Source of the DNA: Octopus vulgaris
Taxonomy: Eukaryota
Length of the DNA stretch: 64,000 nt
Assembly: GCA_951406725.2 (NCBI GenBank)
Contig: OX597825.1
Span: 48,856,001-48,920,000, forward strand
Direction: 5' to 3'
Positions 55,497 to 64,000 of the stretch are shown in pieces (the stretch's first letter is position 1; every line of letters begins with the position of its first letter). The notes beneath the pieces were generated by a model that did no database searches, had not been told where the DNA came from, and was given only the letters and a program-made list of their open reading frames with translations. Both the position numbers and the translations under genes were made by a program.

Positions 55497-57450
55497 ACGA
55501 TTAAATAATTAAATTTAGAAAAATTAAAAGAAAAGTTTTTTTAAAGGAAGATTTCTATAGTGTTCAAATATAAGTGGCATTCTGCCTTTCTCTGTCTCCC
55601 TTGTTTGCACTTGTGTGTTCGAGGCCGTTGTGAATTCTTGGTAGGGTAGAAGAAGAAGAAGAAGAAGAAGAAGGTTGATGAGGAGAGGGGGTGGAAAAAT
55701 TTAGGAGTGCCTTGATGGTCGTATTTTGAATGGTCAGTGGCGGCTAGCAGTTGCAGTTCAATTCAGGAGAATATTTCTATTGAAAGGTTTGTTTATGGAA
55801 TTTGCGTAGGTGTTATACTAAAAAGCATTAGTGATAAAGTTAAGAGGTAGAAGGTGGAGAAGAAAAAGATGACGATGTTGATGATGATGATGATGAAGAA
55901 GAAGAAGAAGAAGGAGAAGGAGAAGAAGAAGATGATGATGATGGTGATGATGATGACGACGATGATGATGATAATGATGAAGAAGAAGAAGAAGAAGAAG
56001 AAGAAGAAGAAGAAGAAGAAGAAGAAGAAGAAGAAGAAGAAGAAGAAGAAGAAGAAGAAGAAGAAGAAAAAAGGGAAGGGAGAATATGAATGGGTGAAAG
56101 TAGTGAGGTGTTGTATGACTTGAAGTTGGCACGTTATGAATTATAGCTGTGATTGGGGCTGATTTGTAATGGATTCTTTGGAATGTAATATTTGTGTGTG
56201 TATTTCTTTTATTCTAAAGTTGAGGTATATTAATCGTTTGTCGTAGACCCGTTAAGAAGTGGCCTGTATTTTGTAATAAAGAGAGTTTCTTTATTTTTTG
56301 TTTGGCCTATGTACTGCTCTTTACACCCGGAGCAGGTTAGTGAGTATATTAGGTTCTCCGAAGCACATGTGAAGTTGCTTTTCACTGTAAACTGTTGTCC
56401 CTGTTTGAAGGAGAACTCTGATCCCTCAATTAGATAATCGCATATCCCGCAGTTGGGTCTTCCACATTTTTTTGCTCCGGGTGTCAAGAGCAGTACATAG
56501 GCCAAACAAAAAATAGTTTGCATAAAAGAATGGCCTTGCACAGATCCCAGATAAAAATTCCCCAAAACAGAAAAATAGCTTTCAGCCAACACATGGATAC
56601 TTGCGCCAACAACAAAACACCAGGCTTCAGGATTTTCCCCCTCTACCAATTTAGGGACCATGCAACCTCGAGACAACGAATAAGTAAAGAAACTCTCTTT
56701 ATTACAAAATACAGGCCACTTCTTAACGGGTCTACGACAAACGATTAATATACCTCAACTTTAGAATAAAAGAAACACACACACAAATATTACATTCCAA
56801 AGAATCCATTACAAATCAGCCCCAATCACAGCTATAATCCATAACGTGCCAACTTCAAGTCATACAACACCTCACTACTTTCACCCATCCACATTCTCCC
56901 TTCTCTTTTTTTTTCTTCTTCTTCTTCTTCTTCTTCTTCTTCATCATCATCATTATCATCATCATCGTCGTCATCATCATCACCATCATCATCATCTTCT
57001 TCTTCTCCTTCTCCTTCTTCTTCTTCTTCTTCTTCTTCTTCATCATCATCATCATCAACATCGTCATCTTCTTCTTCTTCTTCTTCTTCTTCTTCTTCTT
57101 CTTCTTCTTCTACCTCTTAACTTTATCACTAATGCTTTTTAGTATAACACCTACGCAAATTCCATAAACAAACCTTTCAATAGAAATATTCTCCTGAATT
57201 GAACTGCAACTGCTAGCCGCCACTGACTATTCAAAATACGACCATCAAGGCACTCCCAAATTTTCCCACCCCCTCTCCTCATCAACCTTCTTCTTCTTCT
57301 ACCCTACCAAGAATTCACAACGGCCTCGAACACACAAGTGCAAACAAGGGAGACAGAGAAAGGCAGAATGCCACTTATATTTGAACACTATAGAAATCTT
57401 CCTTTAAAAAACTTTTCTTTTAATTTTTCTAAATTTAATTATTTAATCGT

Positions 57451-57495
57451 TACAGTTGAAAAGGTCTCAAAATGACCCGAAACCGGTACTGAAAT
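57451..57495 (+). ncRNA. Second copy of the U3-A8 hammerhead motif (one extra C in stem II)
   Basis: TACAG-TTGAAAA-GGTC..GACCC-GAAA-CCGGTA-CTG. Confidence 0.6.
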
Positions 57496-57573
57496 GTTCT
57501 TTATAAAATTATTTTAGCATTTTCTATTTTGACTTGTTTTTTCATATATATATATATATATATACATATATAT

Positions 57574-61590
<4,017 letters not shown>

Positions 61591-61607
61591 TATATATATA
61601 TATGTCA

Positions 61608-61840
61608 GGCGGCGAGCTGGCAGAAACGTTAGCACGTCGGGCGAAATGCGTAGCCGTATTTCGTCTGCCGTTAAGTGTTCTGGGTTCAAATTCCGCCGAG
61701 GTCGACTTTGCCTTTCATCCTTTCGGGGTCGTTAAATTAAGTACCAGTTACGCACTGGCGTCGATGTAATCGACTTAATCCCTTTGTCTGTCCTTGTTTG
61801 TCCCCTCTATGTTTAGCCCCTTGTGGGTAGTAAAGAAATA
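61608..61840 (+). mobile_element. Full-length family-2 SINE (tail A) in (TA)n
   Basis: Near-consensus head, core and tail CCCCTTGTGGGTAGTAAAGAAATA. Confidence 0.92.
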
Positions 61841-61945
61841 TATATATATATATATATATATATACTTGGAAATGGATGCGTGGCTTTCATTCATATAATA
61901 ATATAAATAATATATAAAGACATATGCATACAAACACACATACAT

Positions 61946-62535
61946 TTGTATATATATATGCATATATGGGCACAGGACACAACGGAACGTAAAACAACAT
62001 AAAATGCGAAAACAATATGAAATGGAAAATACGAAAATATGAAATACAACCTTTTTTTGCGAACAACGAAAGAAACAAACGGAAAACAAGACAAGCAACA
62101 CGAAAAATCGACCCTGCATCAGTTGCTAGCTGTTTTTCTACTTCGTATTTCGAGCAATTCACAACAAGATACGTTTTCAGCATAACAGTTGCTGCCGCAA
62201 AGCAAATTAAATAGAATCTGGGATTTTGCAGAGGGTCAAAGTTGGTAACAAAAACAAGACAGTGAAAGCAGACAGGAAGGGCTGCTAAGCCTAGATGGGT
62301 TGAGTTGATGAACGCAGAGAAAGAAGCTCTGACAGGAGACAGACAACAACGGATGAAGGGTCGTTTTTTCGTGTTGTTTGTCTTACTTCCCGTTTATTTC
62401 TTTCGTTGTTAGCAAAACAGTTCGTATTTCATCTTTTCGTATTTTCTATTTCTGGTTGTTTCCGTATTTTATGTTTATCTTGTGTTGTTTTACGTTCCGT
62501 GGTGTCCTGTACCCATACATGCATGTATATACAAG
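61946..62535. repeat. Diverged long inverted repeat (~180-bp arms, ~220-bp spacer), probably Penelope pseudo-LTR derived
   Basis: 61946-62125 pairs with 62347-62535 (e.g. GGGCACAGGACACAACGGAACGTAAAACAAC / GTTGTTTTACGTTCCGTGGTGTCCTGTACCC); TA-rich flanks. Confidence 0.75.
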
Positions 62536-63410
62536 TATATGTATGTACATATGTATGTGTATTTATATATATATATATTTATATTTATGAAGATAGTGGG
62601 AGAGTAAGAGTAAAATATTTTAGAAATGAATTAAAAAATAATAAAACTTTCAGATTTTTATTCAACTAATTCATTCAATAAGCACTATTTTGTGGATTAC
62701 AAGAGAAAGAATATTTCTGAAAAAAAAAATCATGAATGAGCTACCTGTATATCTGGCCTGAGAGAAGCCTTACAAAGTGCAGTAGATTTTGTCGCTGAAG
62801 TGAGTCCCAAGCCCAAGAAACAAATGTTGGTGTCGATGTCCCATATCTTGTGTTATTGAGTTACCAGGTTATTGATTGGTAAGATATCTTGGCTAGATAT
62901 ACCTCACAGCACCTTTTAAGACTACTAGTTACTTGTGGTTCAATACTCTGAGTCACAGCAATTGTAACTCATGCGAGTAGTTTCATATATCTGGAATTCC
63001 TCTTTTTTCAGTAAGGAGGGATGCAACAAAAACAGATTAACCGTATATAGAAAGACATCAAATAGATCACCAAATGGATCTTTGACTCATATAGATCAGA
63101 CAATAATAGTTTAAAAGGTTATGCACGAATACAAGAGCCTCCTATTGAAGTATCTGTACCAATTATAGATTAACTAAATATCAGATAACAGATTTTCACA
63201 AAATATCGTCACTTCGATAACTATCTACTGAAACATGAAGGTTAGATGACTTAATTATGAAGTAGGACCAATCGCACTGTCTCTGTTTCCCTTGATTTAA
63301 AACCACTATGACACATGCTCCGCGTTTATAATATCAAACCCTAATGGTATAAATTCCACTCATACAATAGCCATTATTTCATCACACTTCTGATCTAATT
63401 ATACTGCATT

Positions 63411-63780
63411 TACGTGGTGGTATCAAAAACGTTTCCAGACTGGTTACGTCTAATAAAAATCATTTTCCTACGTTTTCACATCATTTCCTTCGAAAAAGTC
63501 ACCTTGCACAGCAATACATCGGTCCCAGCTTTCCAGCCACTTTTAGAATTCAGCCTGGAAGTCGTTTTCTGTAATTCAGTGAAGGACATTCTGCGATTTA
63601 CTTTGGATCTCGAGACTGATGTTAAAATGGCGACCTTTGAACTGGTTTTTCATCTTGGGGAAAAGATTGAAGTCCTCAGGTTCTAAATCAGGTGAAAATG
63701 ACAGGTGGGGAAACGATGTTGTCTTTGGCGAGAAAGTCACGAGTGAGGTGATCTCGATGATAGATTGCATTATTTTTGCG
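63411..63780 (-). mobile_element. Mariner 3' fragment with TIR
   Basis: FPHLSFSPDLEPEDFNLFPKMKNQFKGRHF (YSPDLAPSD-like); TA|CGTGGTGGTATCAAAA terminal sequence. Confidence 0.75.
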
Positions 63781-64000
63781 TACATACATACATACATACG
63801 TACATATATACATATATGCATACATACATACATACATTAATTTATAAATACACACACTTAAAGATTACATCTCAATGAGAATATTAGCATATAAGTACGC
63901 ACAGAAGTAGGTACAACAGAAAATAAAGTAAATTTACAAGCATCAATTTATTTACCTGAGTTTGAAATTACATCTACGCCATAATTTTAACTTTATTCTT

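Larger units (their letters stand above)
55397..57551. mobile_element. Head-to-head inverted pair of 5'-truncated Penelope-like (Neptune-type GIY-YIG) 3' ends, forming a ~2.15-kb palindrome between (TA)n tracts
   Basis: 55397-56293 pairs with 56685-57551, and 56293-56334 pairs with 56473-56515. Protein: KCGRPNCGICDYL..FTCASENLIYSLTCSGCKEQYIGQTKNSLHKRMALH..KETLFITKYRPLLN (GIY-YIG with Cys-rich linker). Confidence 0.9.

Noticed and set aside
56230-56676. 148-aa minus-strand ORF as a host gene
   Set aside because: It is a chimera across the palindrome centre: antisense of the right arm fused to the deleted GIY-YIG of the left arm.
56516-56686. Left-arm deletion as a spliced intron
   Set aside because: Using the nearest GT..AG would not reproduce the observed junction AAAAATAAAGAA; TA microhomology explains it.

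Overview
AT-rich, microsatellite-dense animal DNA. The SINE families and (TA)n/(TACA)n/(AAT)n load look like a cephalopod (Octopus-like) genome; this is an inference. I find no confidently supported host protein-coding gene, rRNA, tRNA gene or CRISPR array, so the window is probably intergenic or a large intron. It is a layered set of transposon remnants: (1) Tx1/L1-clade LINE copies; (2) several RT plus restriction-like-endonuclease (R4/Dong-type) LINEs sitting in (AAT)n or (TACA)n microsatellites, one near-intact at 23.7-25.7 kb; (3) three mariner remnants, one full length with TIRs and one broken by an apparent inversion; (4) an RTE remnant; (5) three tRNA-derived SINE families; (6) a cluster of Penelope-like (GIY-YIG) retroelement modules at 55.4-62.6 kb, separated by (TA)n tracts. 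The most interesting signals are minimal hammerhead ribozyme motifs in that cluster (one with a compensatory U3-A8 core), a non-coding ~460-bp hammerhead-bearing direct/inverted repeat resembling a non-LTR retrozyme, a SINE 3' tail matching the local Tx1 LINE 3' end, and a SINE insertion that captured ~200 bp of nearby DNA inside one target-site duplication. Coordinates of degenerate elements are approximate.
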